A DNA stretch of 63,911 nucleotides, filler included, from Octopus bimaculoides (lineage: Eukaryota), in NCBI RefSeq assembly GCF_001194135.2. It is 7 parts of 6 records of this genome, joined end to end, with 100 filler letters (N's around TTAATTAATTAA, not from the genome) between each part and the next. Parts side by side here need not be neighbours in the genome. Positions count along the whole stretch, not along the records: positions 43,716 to 54,624 come from NC_068988.1; positions 54,725 to 57,529 come from NC_069008.1; positions 57,630 to 61,827 come from NC_068998.1; positions 61,928 to 63,911 come from NW_026313999.1; 3 more parts are not named here. The stretch is one strand, 5' to 3'. Both the position numbers and the translations under genes were made by a program. The notes beneath the pieces were generated by a model that was given only the letters and a program-made list of their open reading frames with translations, did not search any database and had not been told where the DNA came from. Shown piece by piece: positions 52,626 through 63,911 of the stretch. How positions within the stretch are numbered: the stretch's first letter is position 1; each line of letters begins with the position of its first letter.

Positions 52626-53171
52626 TTTTGCTGTATCCATTAATCTCTTCATAAATAGGTTGTGATGCTAAGATAATCTGTCTTTCCTCTTCTTCAGGAA
52701 TCTCTGGTTGTTGAGACTCCTGGTTCTGATTCGGAGGTAATTCAGCTGATAACTGCGGGGATGATTCAGCTGAAGATTCTGTAAGTGAAGTCCTCACTGG
52801 TTCAATATGCATTGTTGGAATTTTGACAGTCGTTTCACTGGGGACTGAGCTAAAAGTTGCAGCTGCAGGTGGGGCTGTCCCTACAGCAACAACTGCAGCT
52901 GTAATGGCAGGAGCTGTAGTTACAACACTTGGGGGACGCATGCTGGTTATCGGTTCTAGGTAGCCTTCTGTAGGGAAGTTACTACTGCCATTGGATGAAG
53001 TTCGAGATGCAGAGTTGGAACGTGATGGATCCACAGGATAATAATAATTATCTCGTTGTCCGGGATATTTTGGTGTGATCGGCTCGTACAAGTTTTCTAC
53101 AGATCCTAAAGGCGAGATGTTGGGATCATCAAAGTTTTTGTCTCCACCTGATCCAGAAGAGGTTGAACCAC
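52626..53171 (-). CDS. PEAK1/Pragmin-like pseudokinase, first coding exon visible in the window (internal exon, disordered Tyr/Pro-rich region)
   Basis: Acceptor ...ttttattaag|GT at 53171 (phase 1). Open frame (G)GSTSSGSGGDKNFDDPNISPLGSVENLYEPITPKY...QPIYEEINGYSK. Donor A|gtaatg at 52626 (phase 1) matches the phase of the next exon. Overlaps ORF 52615..53091. Confidence 0.8.
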
Positions 53172-53619
53172 CTTAATAAAATACAGAAAAAATATACATG
53201 TATATATTATGTATATAATCAGATTTGAATGAATATATAAAGACATGACTATGGTCCAGTTTTACCCTTTTTTTCCATATGAATTCCCTAACTGTTTGCT
53301 TGGAATAACAAAATCCCTATAACCATCATAATCATTAATCTTTCTAGACTTCACAGTCTCATCTTTATGATAAGACAACAAATGCATTCACATACAATCA
53401 ATAAATTGTTATTGATGTGTTGAGCTGTTATTGCTATAATAGGTATATTTTAGATGTTTAAGTCAGTTTTCGAAATTTAGCTGTTAGGTCTATACAAACT
53501 GTGTCTGGCACATATGAAGATATGAAAAAAACCCTAATGATAAAAGTTCAAGCTAGAATATTGTCATATCTTTATGATGATTTGAAAGAAAATATTCTCC
53601 ACATAAATATACACATATA

Positions 53620-54570
53620 CATCAGGTTGTCTGGAAAGTTCATGCCAATTTTTAAGGGAAATTAAAAGACAAAACAAAATTATGCCATTAAATATTTATT
53701 CAACTAAATATGAACCATTTTGTTGCACATCCTTTCTCCATCTTTCCTTCACCTTAAAGATTCTGTCTTGCCAGAATTTTGGTGGTTTCTTGGCAAAGAA
53801 CTCATTTTTTTATGTCCTCCAAAGAATTAAAATTTTTTACCATTCAGATTATTTTGCAAGGACCTGAATAAATGAAATCTGAAGGAGCAATGTCTGGTGA
53901 ATATGGCAGGTGGGGTAACACATCCCAGCTAAGCTGTGACAGTTTTTGATGGGTTGCCAAAGAAACGTGAAGTCTGGCATTATCCTGATGGAAAACAACA
54001 CCTTTCCTGTTTGCCAATTCTGGGCATTTTTCTTGAATTGCTGTCTTTAAACCATCCAGTTGTGAACAGTACTTCTCAGAATTAATTGACTGGTTACTTG
54101 GCAGAAGCTCATAGTACAAGATTCCTTTCAAATCACACCAAAGGCAGAGCATGACTTTCTTAGGATGAAGACCTGCAATTGGGGTGGCTAAAGGTGGTTC
54201 ATGTTGTTTATCCCAGAATCTTTTTCACCGAACATTGTTGTAAATGATCCAGTTCTCATCACTCATCACAATTTGCTTCAAAAAGGGTGCATTTTCATGG
54301 CGTTTATACAGCAGATCCCAGATAGAAATGTGATCCAAAAGATACTTTTCACTTAGATCATGTGGTACCCAAACATCATAGAGATTTGAATACCCAAACT
54401 TTACTAAGTGCTCATGGATGATGGATTTTGATAAATTTAGTGTATCTGCCAATTTCCGTGTTGTGTAATGCGGGTTATTCTCAATTAATGTCTTAATTTG
54501 GTTGTCATCTGGAGTGGGGGGGGGGGAGTCTGCCTAAGGGTTCTTCATCAATAAGGCTATAATCACCAAG
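53620..54570 (-). mobile_element. 5'-truncated mariner transposase relic (D,D34D) in the gene's upstream intron
   Basis: WVPHDL, IVMSDENW, FHQDNAR and PYSPDIAPSDF motifs with a stop and a frameshift. TIR-like TCAGGTTGTCTGGAAAGTTCATGCC at about 53622. Confidence 0.9.
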
Positions 54571-54724
54571 TCTAAACTTAGCATGCACTGCTCTCTCACT
54601 CACTCAATAATAATAATAATAATANNNNNNNNNNNNNNNNNNNNNNNNNNNNNNNNNNNNNNNNNNNNTTAATTAATTAANNNNNNNNNNNNNNNNNNNN
54701 NNNNNNNNNNNNNNNNNNNNNNNN

Positions 54725-54785
<61 letters not shown>

Positions 54786-55055
54786 TATATGTATATATAT
54801 ATTTAATACAATATTTTCCACATATGTGTCTATATGTATTGTATATATATATGGCTATATAATCTTTTAACTATAGCCATAGATGAAATGCCTGTTACAC
54901 ACACACACACATACATACATACACATGTATGTTGTCATACATATAATCTGTGGCATATATGTATAGTATGATATTAAACATTATATGCTATATACATACA
55001 TAAATACCTACAGATATATACATGCACACACACACACATCTATTGCACAAAGTTC

Positions 55056-55094
<39 letters not shown>

Positions 55095-55156
55095 GTATAT
55101 ATTTATGTATACATATATGTGTGTGCATTTGTATGTATATATACATGTATGCAAGA

Positions 55157-55187
<31 letters not shown>

Positions 55188-55223
55188 CGTATACATGTGT
55201 GTGTATGTATACATATGTATGTA

Positions 55224-55272
<49 letters not shown>

Positions 55273-55559
55273 GTAATTACATATCCGTGTGCATACACGC
55301 ACACAACTCACACACAAACACACACTGTTACAAAGTAAATCTACATAGATAGATGCTGACAGACGCACAGACAGAATGCCGGATTTCTTAACAAAAAGAA
55401 CAAATATTGAGTTATTAGGCAGCTGGACAATCCATAGCATTCAACCATGGTGGTCGGATATTGGGCCATAGTAGCATATGATGATGAAGATGCTGTTGAT
55501 GATGATAATGGATATGGTGGTGATGGTGATGGTTGTGGTGGTGGTAATGGGGATAATGC

Positions 55560-55596
<37 letters not shown>

Positions 55597-55619
55597 GAAA
55601 GAGAGAGAGAGAGAGAGAG

Positions 55620-56006
55620 AAGGAGATTATAGTCATGGCTGACGCCAGTGCCATCTGACTGGCACCTGTGCTGGTAGCACATAAAAAGCGCCATTTGAGT
55701 GTTGGGCCTCATAGGGGCAGTGACAGGTAACTGAGACCTTTGGCGATATACCGTGCTTGTGTAGACCTGTCAAGCCAAATGAGACTGTAGTCATGGCTGA
55801 TGCTGGTGTCAGGTCAATGGCACCTGTGCCGGTGGCACGTAAAAATCACCCACTACACTCTTGGAGTGGTTGGTGTTAGGAAGGGGACCCAGCTGTAGAA
55901 ACCATGTCATATCAGATTGGAACCTGGTGCAGCTCCCTGGTTGACCAGTTTTCACTCAAATTGTCCAACCCATGCCAGCATGGAAAATGGACGTTAAATG
56001 ATGAAG

Positions 56007-56012
<6 letters not shown>
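55620..56012 (+). mobile_element. SINE body and tail with RTE-like 3' end and internal duplication
   Basis: AGTCATGGCTGA.GC..GTG.CA...GGCACCTGTGC.GGT.GCAC occurs twice. It ends CCCATGCCAGCATGGAAAATGGACGTTAAATGATGAAGATGA. Confidence 0.65.
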
Positions 56013-56068
<56 letters not shown>

Positions 56069-56729
56069 NNNNNNNNNNNNNNNNNNNNNNNNNNNNNNNN
56101 NNNNNNNNNNNNNNNNNNNNNNNNNNNNNNNNNNNNNNNNNNNNNNNNNNNNNNNNNNNNNNNNNNNNNNNNNNNNNNNNNNNNNNNNNNNNNNNNNNNN
56201 NNNNNNNNNNNNNNNNNNNNNNNNNNNNNNNNNNNNNNNNNNNNNNNNNNNNNNNNNNNNNNNNNNNNNNNNNNNNNNNNNNNNNNNNNNNNNNNNNNNN
56301 NNNNNNNNNNNNNNNNNNNNNNNNNNNNNNNNNNNNNNNNNNNNNNNNNNNNNNNNNNNNNNNNNNNNNNNNNNNNNNNNNNNNNNNNNNNNNNNNNNNN
56401 NNNNNNNNNNNNNNNNNNNNNNNNNNNNNNNNNNNNNNNNNNNNNNNNNNNNNNNNNNNNNNNNNNNNNNNNNNNNNNNNNNNNNNNNNNNNNNNNNNNN
56501 NNNNNNNNNNNNNNNNNNNNNNNNNNNNNNNNNNNNNNNNNNNNNNNNNNNNNNNNNNNNNNNNNNNNNNNNNNNNNNNNNNNNNNNNNNNNNNNNNNNN
56601 NNNNNNNNNNNNNNNNNNNNNNNNNNNNNNNNNNNNNNNNNNNNNNNNNNNNNNNNNNNNNNNNNNNNNNNNNNNNNNNNNNNNNNNNNNNNNNNNNNNN
56701 NNNNNNNGAGAGAGAGAGAGAGTGAGAGA

Positions 56730-57015
56730 GAGAAGATGCCCGTCGGTCATGAATGACCATGGGATTGCATCTAGAAAGTTTCCCTTCAAGGGGCAAGTCC
56801 AGGCAAGGTTGTTTATGGAAGACCAGCAGTCACTCATGCATACCAGCCTTCCTTTTCTTTTCCATGCCACTGAAAGGCAAAGGAGCAATGCCAAGGGAAA
56901 AGTAAAGGGGCCGATACAGCTTGGCACCAGTGATGTCACACCTCGTTTCTACAGCTGAGAGAACTGGAGCAACTTGGAAATAAAGTGTCTTGCCCAAGAA
57001 CAACACACAACCCAC
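56730..57015 (-). mobile_element. CORE-like SINE of the same family as 17495-17800, CpG-decayed
   Basis: GTTTATGGAAGACCAGCAGTCACTCATGCATACCAGCC...CAGCTTGGCACCAGTGATGTC is the reverse complement of 17640-17760. Confidence 0.8.
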
Positions 57016-57660
57016 TCCAGGAATTCTTGGCTTTAAGGGTATCATGAAAGATGTGGTTGGAGGCCCAACCTTCCGAGTTCTTTTACAGGGCTTAGAAAAT
57101 CTGAAGGACCTCTGCAGTAAGTTTGTGAATCTGAGAGGGGAATATGTTGGATAAAATCATAATTAACTGATCCTCCTCTAATTTCTTTTACTTAAAGCCA
57201 AGAACTTTTCAGCACCCTTTCATGTGTGTCTGTGTCTGTGTGTGTACAAAGACATGTATGTATGTATGTATGTATGAGGGGTTTCCTGCAAAGTTCCTGG
57301 CTTTAAGGGTGTTGTGAAAGAAGTAGTGCAGCTCCCCAGCTTGCCGGCTCTGGTCAAACTGTCCAGCCAATGCCAGCATGGACAACAGATGTTAAATGAT
57401 GGTGATGATGATGATGATGACATCATATAATTTTTCACTCCCAGAAAAAATCCTCTCAAGATAAGGAAAAAAGAAAAAAAAGGATAAAATATAAACCCTG
57501 AAGTGGCTCTCTCCCCTGAAGGAGAATATNNNNNNNNNNNNNNNNNNNNNNNNNNNNNNNNNNNNNNNNNNNNTTAATTAATTAANNNNNNNNNNNNNNN
57601 NNNNNNNNNNNNNNNNNNNNNNNNNNNNNTATATATATACGCATATATGTATATATGTAT

Positions 57661-57715
<55 letters not shown>

Positions 57716-57736
57716 CGCGTACATGCACATGCAAGC

Positions 57737-57775
<39 letters not shown>

Positions 57776-58165
57776 TCACAAACCCATCGAACCATATCGA
57801 CTGATATGGGAGGGATTAAGCTGTAAGCCGTGATACAAAGCTATTTCGGCTCTCTAGACAGTTATAAATCTATTATTAATCATAAATATAATCGATAATG
57901 GTTCGATTAGTTACAGGTCAAATACTGAAAATGGAAAATATCAAATAAAATAATATATATTGTAAAATAAAACATAAATAAAAATATTTGTGGAGAAAGA
58001 ACCACAGCAAAAGCCAAGCCAGACGGATAAAGCGCCAAATACAATTGTTTGCATCCTTTGTTTTGTATATATATATCTATGCACACGCACACACGCACGA
58101 GCACACACACGCGCATACACAAACACACATATGTGTGTGTATAAAGAAAGAGAGAGAGAGAGGTA

Positions 58166-58200
<35 letters not shown>

Positions 58201-58278
58201 AATCTCATGTGTGTGCGCGTGCGTGTATGTTCAGGCATTTGTGTATATATATACATCTGTAAAATCTCTATACATATA

Positions 58279-58318
<40 letters not shown>

Positions 58319-58435
58319 TGTGTGTCTATGCAAATAAGTATATATAAACACACATATTTATATATTAATATATATACACATATATATATATATATACACA
58401 CATATATATGCATGCATTATGTATCTACACACGAA

Positions 58436-58507
<72 letters not shown>

Positions 58508-59284
58508 CACACACACATATATATATATATATACTTATGCATATATGTGTGTGCCTGTGTGTATGTATGTATATATTATGTACACATGCCTCCTCTTCAT
58601 ATATATATAGATATAACGATAGATAGATAGATTGATGTTATGCAAACACGTATAATCCTATACATGTACCCACGTATATAATTACATATGAACGTGTGTG
58701 CATGTGTATGTGTGTGTGTTTGTGTGCGTGTGTGTGTGTGTTTACATATACGTGCATGTGTTTATTTTTATATCTATCCATTGTTCTTTGTGTCTTTCCT
58801 TCTTTTTTCTTTCTTTCCCATTCTCTCCACAGCACGTGTCTTCGTTTGGCATTCTCCCCTCATTGATTCGAGAATTTCGTTGTTCTTGCTGTTGTTTATT
58901 CCCAAGCCGTCCCTCATCAAAGACATTCCAATTGTGACCATCTCCTTTTATTTATTTTTATCCTATACTGTACCCAACACCTTTTTTATTATCTAACATC
59001 TACCCGCCACCCTCCGCCAAGGTTTTTTTGTTACTTGTAAAATGATTTTGATGTAATAATGAAAGAAGAAATTTAGCTGCTATTTTTAGGATTTTATAAT
59101 GGCTTGCAAAGGTGGGGGTGGGGAGCGGAATTGAGACTGGATCATGACTGGGTTGTGGCTGGATCGTGGGTAGTGAGTGATGCTGGTGAGTGATGCTGGA
59201 AGGAATCTGGAATGTGGTACGTTTTGGCAGAGGGGTGGGTGTTTCATGAGAATAATGTTGTTATTGTTTTGTTGTTCTTATTAT

Positions 59285-59316
<32 letters not shown>

Positions 59317-60111
59317 GTGGTGGTTGTGGTGGTGGTGGTGGTGGTGGTGTGTCGAGGGGGTGATGATGATGAAGATGATGATGAGGATGATAGTGAAAGT
59401 GTTATAACGATCACGACAATGATGATGGTAGTGGTGATGACGGCGGTGGTGATGACGGCGGTGGTGACGCAGAGAACGGAGGTGCTGCTGCTAATAATGA
59501 TGATGGTGGTGGGGACGATTCGGAGGAGAGGAGAAAGAGGAGAAAGAGAACGAGTGGGAAGAGGAGAAAAAGGAAGAAGAATAAGAAGAGGAAAAGTAGG
59601 AGGAGAAGGAAAGGGCTCAAGAATGGCGATAACAACGAGAAGAGAAGAAACGCTGACAACGACGACGACAAGAAGGGACAGGTCGACGACGACGACGATG
59701 CTGACGACTCTAATGACACCTTGCTCTTTTGTTTAATGTAATATTCGGAGAAGAAAGCTCGGCCATGCGCGTGGCCATTCTTCAGGGCCAGTAGCTTTGT
59801 TAGAAGAAAGAGAAAAAATCATTCTCACCGCGCCCCAAAGTCTGGAAAACTGATCTCAATAGTGTCAATAGGGGTTACCCAAGTAAAGGTACCCACGATC
59901 CAGTGGTTCTATTTGCATTAATTTGTGGTGAAGGATTACATCAACAGCTCAAGACATGAATACAAACCAGCCGACATACGTCACTCCCACACGGTTTTCT
60001 ATCGCTCCCATTTCCGTTACAAGGTATTGATCCTCTCGAAATTATGGTTGAAGGGAACTTGACCAAGATATGCCAGGAATCGAACTCATGATATTCTATT
60101 ACGAAAGGTAA

Positions 60112-60335
60112 ATGCAGCAAACTGGCCGAATCGTTAGCACGCCGGACAGAATGTTTTATGGCATTTCGTCCGTCTTTTACGTTCTGAGTTCAAATTCTGC
60201 TCAGGTCGATTTTGCCTTTCATTATTTCGAGGCCGAATAAATTAAGTACCAGTGATACACTGGGGATTGATGTAATCAACTTAGACTCCACTCTGAAATT
60301 GCTGGCCTTGTGCCAAAATTTGAAACGAATGTTAA
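60112..60335 (+). mobile_element. Dominant SINE copy
   Basis: GCAGCAAACTGGCCGAATCGTTAGCACGCCGG...GAGTTCAAATTC...AAGTACCAGTGATACACTGGGG. Confidence 0.8.
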
Positions 60336-60348
60336 ATGAGACGGGAAG

Positions 60349-60388
<40 letters not shown>

Positions 60389-61259
60389 GACGGGCTTCTT
60401 TCAGTTTCTGTCTACCAAATCCCCTCACAAGGCTTTGGTTGGTCTGAGGCTAGAGCAGAGGACGCTTGGTCAATGCGCCACGCATTGGGAATGAACCTGG
60501 AACTATGTGGTTGGAGTGCAAGATTCTTACCACACAGACGGAAACTGTGTGGAAGCCTTTCTTGTGTATGTATGCATGTATGTCTGTGTTTGCACATGCT
60601 TTTATCCTTCAATCATCGCAAACAAACTAACCGCTGGTGGGTTGTTTACGTCTCCGCAACATAACGGTTCGGCAATAGAGAACGATATAATAAGTATCAG
60701 ACTTTAAAAAAAAAAAAGTTGTTTTCTGTGTCGATTTGATTCGACTAAATCCTTGAAGGCGGTGCCCCAGCATGGCCGCAGTCCAATGACTCAAACAAGA
60801 TGAATGAGCATAAAAAAACCCAAAAAACAACAAACCAACCATCCAATAAACAAACACACCAACGAACCCAGCCAACCAATCAAAAAGTGCATTCAATCAA
60901 CAAACATAACAACCGACCAGTCAGGTCGTCGGACACACCTTTCACAGTCGTGAACCAGTTCCAACCAGTTCTAACCAACCAAGTGAATAACTTGATGTTG
61001 CTCAGCCGAGCGTTTCATGGACGTTATTTCGATAAACATCTGTCTTATTACTCAGCCATTATTGTTGATGTTGTTAATGTTGTATAGGGTGTATATTGTA
61101 TACGACAAACTCCCACCACAGCCACCAATGCGCCACCACCGCCATCACAACCACCACAAACATCACCACCACTACTACGACTGCTACTTCTGCTCCTGCT
61201 GCCAGTTCTGCCACTACCACCACTGCTACTACTACTACTGCTACTACTACTACTACTAC

Positions 61260-61296
<37 letters not shown>

Positions 61297-61309
61297 TATA
61301 ATAATAATA

Positions 61310-61827
61310 TTTGAAATAGAAATTAGCAAAATGTGGAATCTGAAGGCTAAAACAATACCTGTTGTCATAGGTTCCCTAGAAATGATAGCAAAAGGGGTTG
61401 ATTGCTACCTGACTCAGATGCCAGGAAATGTATAAAATAGCTCCTACTCCGCGAAACTTCCTGTCCGTAAGTATGAGATCATGGAGAACCACACTGACTT
61501 TGAACAGTAACAATGGATCTCTCAATGCTGGAGATGTAAGAATTCCATGTGGCATTTTCCAGGGTGACTCACTATCACCACTCCTCTTTTGTCTAGCCTT
61601 AATGCCTCTCTCAAAATGGCTCAATGATGCACAGTACGGTTATAAAATGTTTGATGAAAATATAAATCATCTCATTTACATGGATGATTTAAAGCTCTTT
61701 GCAAAAAATGACCAACAACTCAAGGGCTTACTAGCGATTGTTAAACAATTCAGTGATGACATCAGGATGCAATTTGGCCTCGATAAATGTGAAAAAGCTA
61801 CCTTTATCAAAGGAAAAATGACAGAAA
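61310..61827 (+). mobile_element. R4/Dong-like retrotransposon: RLE C-terminal piece fused upstream of an RT-domain piece
   Basis: EIEISKMWNLKAKTIPVVIGSLEMI at about 61312-61390, then GIFQGDSLSPLLFCLAL...HLIYMDDLKLFAK...IRMQFGLDKC in ORF 61428..61827. Confidence 0.88.
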
Positions 61828-62556
61828 NNNNNNNNNNNNNNNNNNNNNNNNNNNNNNNNNNNNNNNNNNNNTTAATTAATTAANNNNNNNNNNNNNNNNN
61901 NNNNNNNNNNNNNNNNNNNNNNNNNNNGTAAATGCTGTAACAATGGATTACTAGGGCTCCAAGGTTAAAGCCGAGGTGGTAGTTATGAAGCCATTGCAGA
62001 TTTCCGATATAACGGATATAAAATCGTTAAAGAGGACAAACGTTAAGGCAATGCAAACATCTCAAGTCATATATGTATGTATGCACGTGTGTGTGTATGT
62101 GTGTGTATGTGTGTGTGTATGTGTGTGTGTTTATGTGTCTGTGTTTGTACACCCACCTCTTAACAACCAGCATTAGTTTGTTTACATCCCTGTAACTTAG
62201 CAACTTAGCAATCAGTTCAGCAAGACAGACAGATAGATTAAGTACCAGACGTTAAGAAAGAAAAAAAAACATAAAACAAAAACAAAGCACTGGTGGTTGA
62301 TTTGTTTGACTAAAACCCACTAATGTGGTGCTCCAGCATGACCACAACCCAATGACCGAAACAAGCAAAAAAAAAAAAAGATACGACCAAAGCCTTGCAA
62401 GTGGATTTGGTAGAAGGAAACTGAAAGAAGCCCGTCGTATATATGTATATATATATATATATATATAGGAGAATATACAAATAATAACAACAGACGAGGA
62501 CAGGTGGTGTAAATAACAAAAGTATATATTAGTATGACGCTCGGGAATACGGAAAG

Positions 62557-62593
62557 TCTTTGACGTTTCGAGCTACGCTCTTCAACAGAAAGA
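62557..62593 (-). ncRNA. Candidate minimal type I hammerhead ribozyme, probably a Penelope-like/retrozyme terminus
   Basis: Minus strand UCUUU-CUGUUGA-A-GAGC(GUA)GCUC-GAA-ACGU-C-AAAGA: 5-bp stem I, 4-bp stem II, palindromic ACGU stem III and a GUC triplet. One core deviation (A6U). Confidence 0.55.
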
Positions 62594-63911
62594 ATACGGA
62601 GANNNNNNNNNNNNNNNNNNNNNNNNNNNNNNNNNNNNNNNNNNNNNNNNNNNNNNNNNNNNNNNNNNNNNNNNNNNNNNNNNNNNNNNNNNNNNNNNNN
62701 NNNNNNNNNNNNNNNNNNNNNNNNNNNNNNNNNNNNNNNNNNNNNNNNNNNNNNNNNNNNNNNNNNNNNNNNNNNNNNNNNNNNNNNNNNNNNNNNNNNN
62801 NNNNNNNNNNNNNNNNNNNNNNNNNNNNNNNNNNNNNNNNNNNNNNNNNNNNNNNNNNNNNNNNNNNNNNNNNNNNNNNNNNNNNNNNNNNNNNNNNNNN
62901 NNNNNNNNNNNNNNNNNNNNNNNNNNNNNNNNNNNNNNNNNNNNNNNNNNNNNNNNNNNNNNNNNNNNNNNNNNNNNNNNNNNNNNNNNNNNNNNNNNNN
63001 NNNNNNNNNNNNNNNNNNNNNNNNNNNNNNNNNNNNNNNNNNNNNNNNNNNNNNNNNNNNNNNNNNNNNNNNNNNNNNNNNNNNNNNNNNNNNNNNNNNN
63101 NNNNNNNNNNNNNNNNNNNNNNNNNNNNNNNNNNNNNNNNNNNNNNNNNNNNNNNNNNNNNNNNNNNNNNNNNNNNNNNNNNNNNNNNNNNNNNNNNNNN
63201 NNNNNNNNNNNNNNNNNNNNNNNNNNNNNNNNNNNNNNNNNNNNNNNNNNNNNNNNNNNNNNNNNNNNNNNNNATAAAGCTATCATGCAACATCTGTCAT
63301 AGCTGATATGACACAGACTGCATCCAATTTGCATCAGGTTGCATATATTGAAATGCTGCATGATCCGTACATGCAATTGTAATGCAGTATTCAGTGCATT
63401 ATATAATTTTATCGTTTATTTGTTTCGGTCATTGAACTGTGGCCATGCTGGAGTCACTGCCCTGAAGGTTTTTATTCAAATTGACCTCAGGGAGTTATTA
63501 TGTTTTTAAGGTTAGCGTTTAGTGTTTGGTGTTTAATGTATTGTTCTCTTTTGTTGTACTGCTAAGTTACAGGGAAGCAGACAAACCAGCGACTGTTGTC
63601 ACATGGTGAGTAGACAAAGCCAAGCACACACACACACACACACATACACACACACACATACACACACACAGAGAAACACATGCACACATACAGACACATG
63701 CCCTCACACATACACATTCATACATACACTCACACACATACACACACACACTCGCACATTCACATACACACACACACACGTGTGATCACATGCTCTCACA
63801 CACATACTCTCACATATGCACACTCACATATACACTCACACACTTGCATACACACATACACTAACACACACACTCACACATTCACGCACATACCATCACA
63901 CATACACACTC

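Noticed and set aside
59212-59736. Long low-complexity ORFs on both strands
   Set aside because: A mosaic of trinucleotide and purine-rich repeats with no splice or homology support. It was not accepted as the missing 5' exon of the pseudokinase.
2703-63785. Most long ORFs in the supplied track (poly-YI, CV, HT, LS, N, E/K, X runs)
   Set aside because: They are translations of microsatellites or N gaps, with no protein signal.

Overview
AT-rich, microsatellite-laden eukaryotic DNA. The SINE families and repeat density point to an octopod cephalopod (inference). The window is not contiguous: six identical 100-bp artificial joins (44 N + TTAATTAATTAA + 44 N) split it into seven segments, and there are many other N gaps. 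One protein-coding gene is well supported: the last three minus-strand exons (53171-52626, 50370-49853, 48570-47716) splice in frame into about 638 aa. They encode a PEAK1/Pragmin (SgK269/SgK223)-like pseudokinase with both SHED helical elements, a very degenerate catalytic core and a dense array of SH2/SH3 docking motifs. Its 5' exons are not found here. The rest is mobile-element debris: three mariner relics (one a fold-back of two 5' ends), many R4/Dong-like RLE retrotransposon fragments beside (TAA)n tracts, RTE and Tx1-like LINE fragments, and several tRNA-derived SINE families, some in head-to-tail arrays. The most unusual observations are two minimal hammerhead-ribozyme cores (one nearly complete, one behind a tRNA-like Pol III head), several unexplained hairpins, a CpG-decay footprint over the gene, and a 187-bp CpG-rich tandem unit. 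No CRISPR arrays, rRNA or genuine tRNA genes were found.
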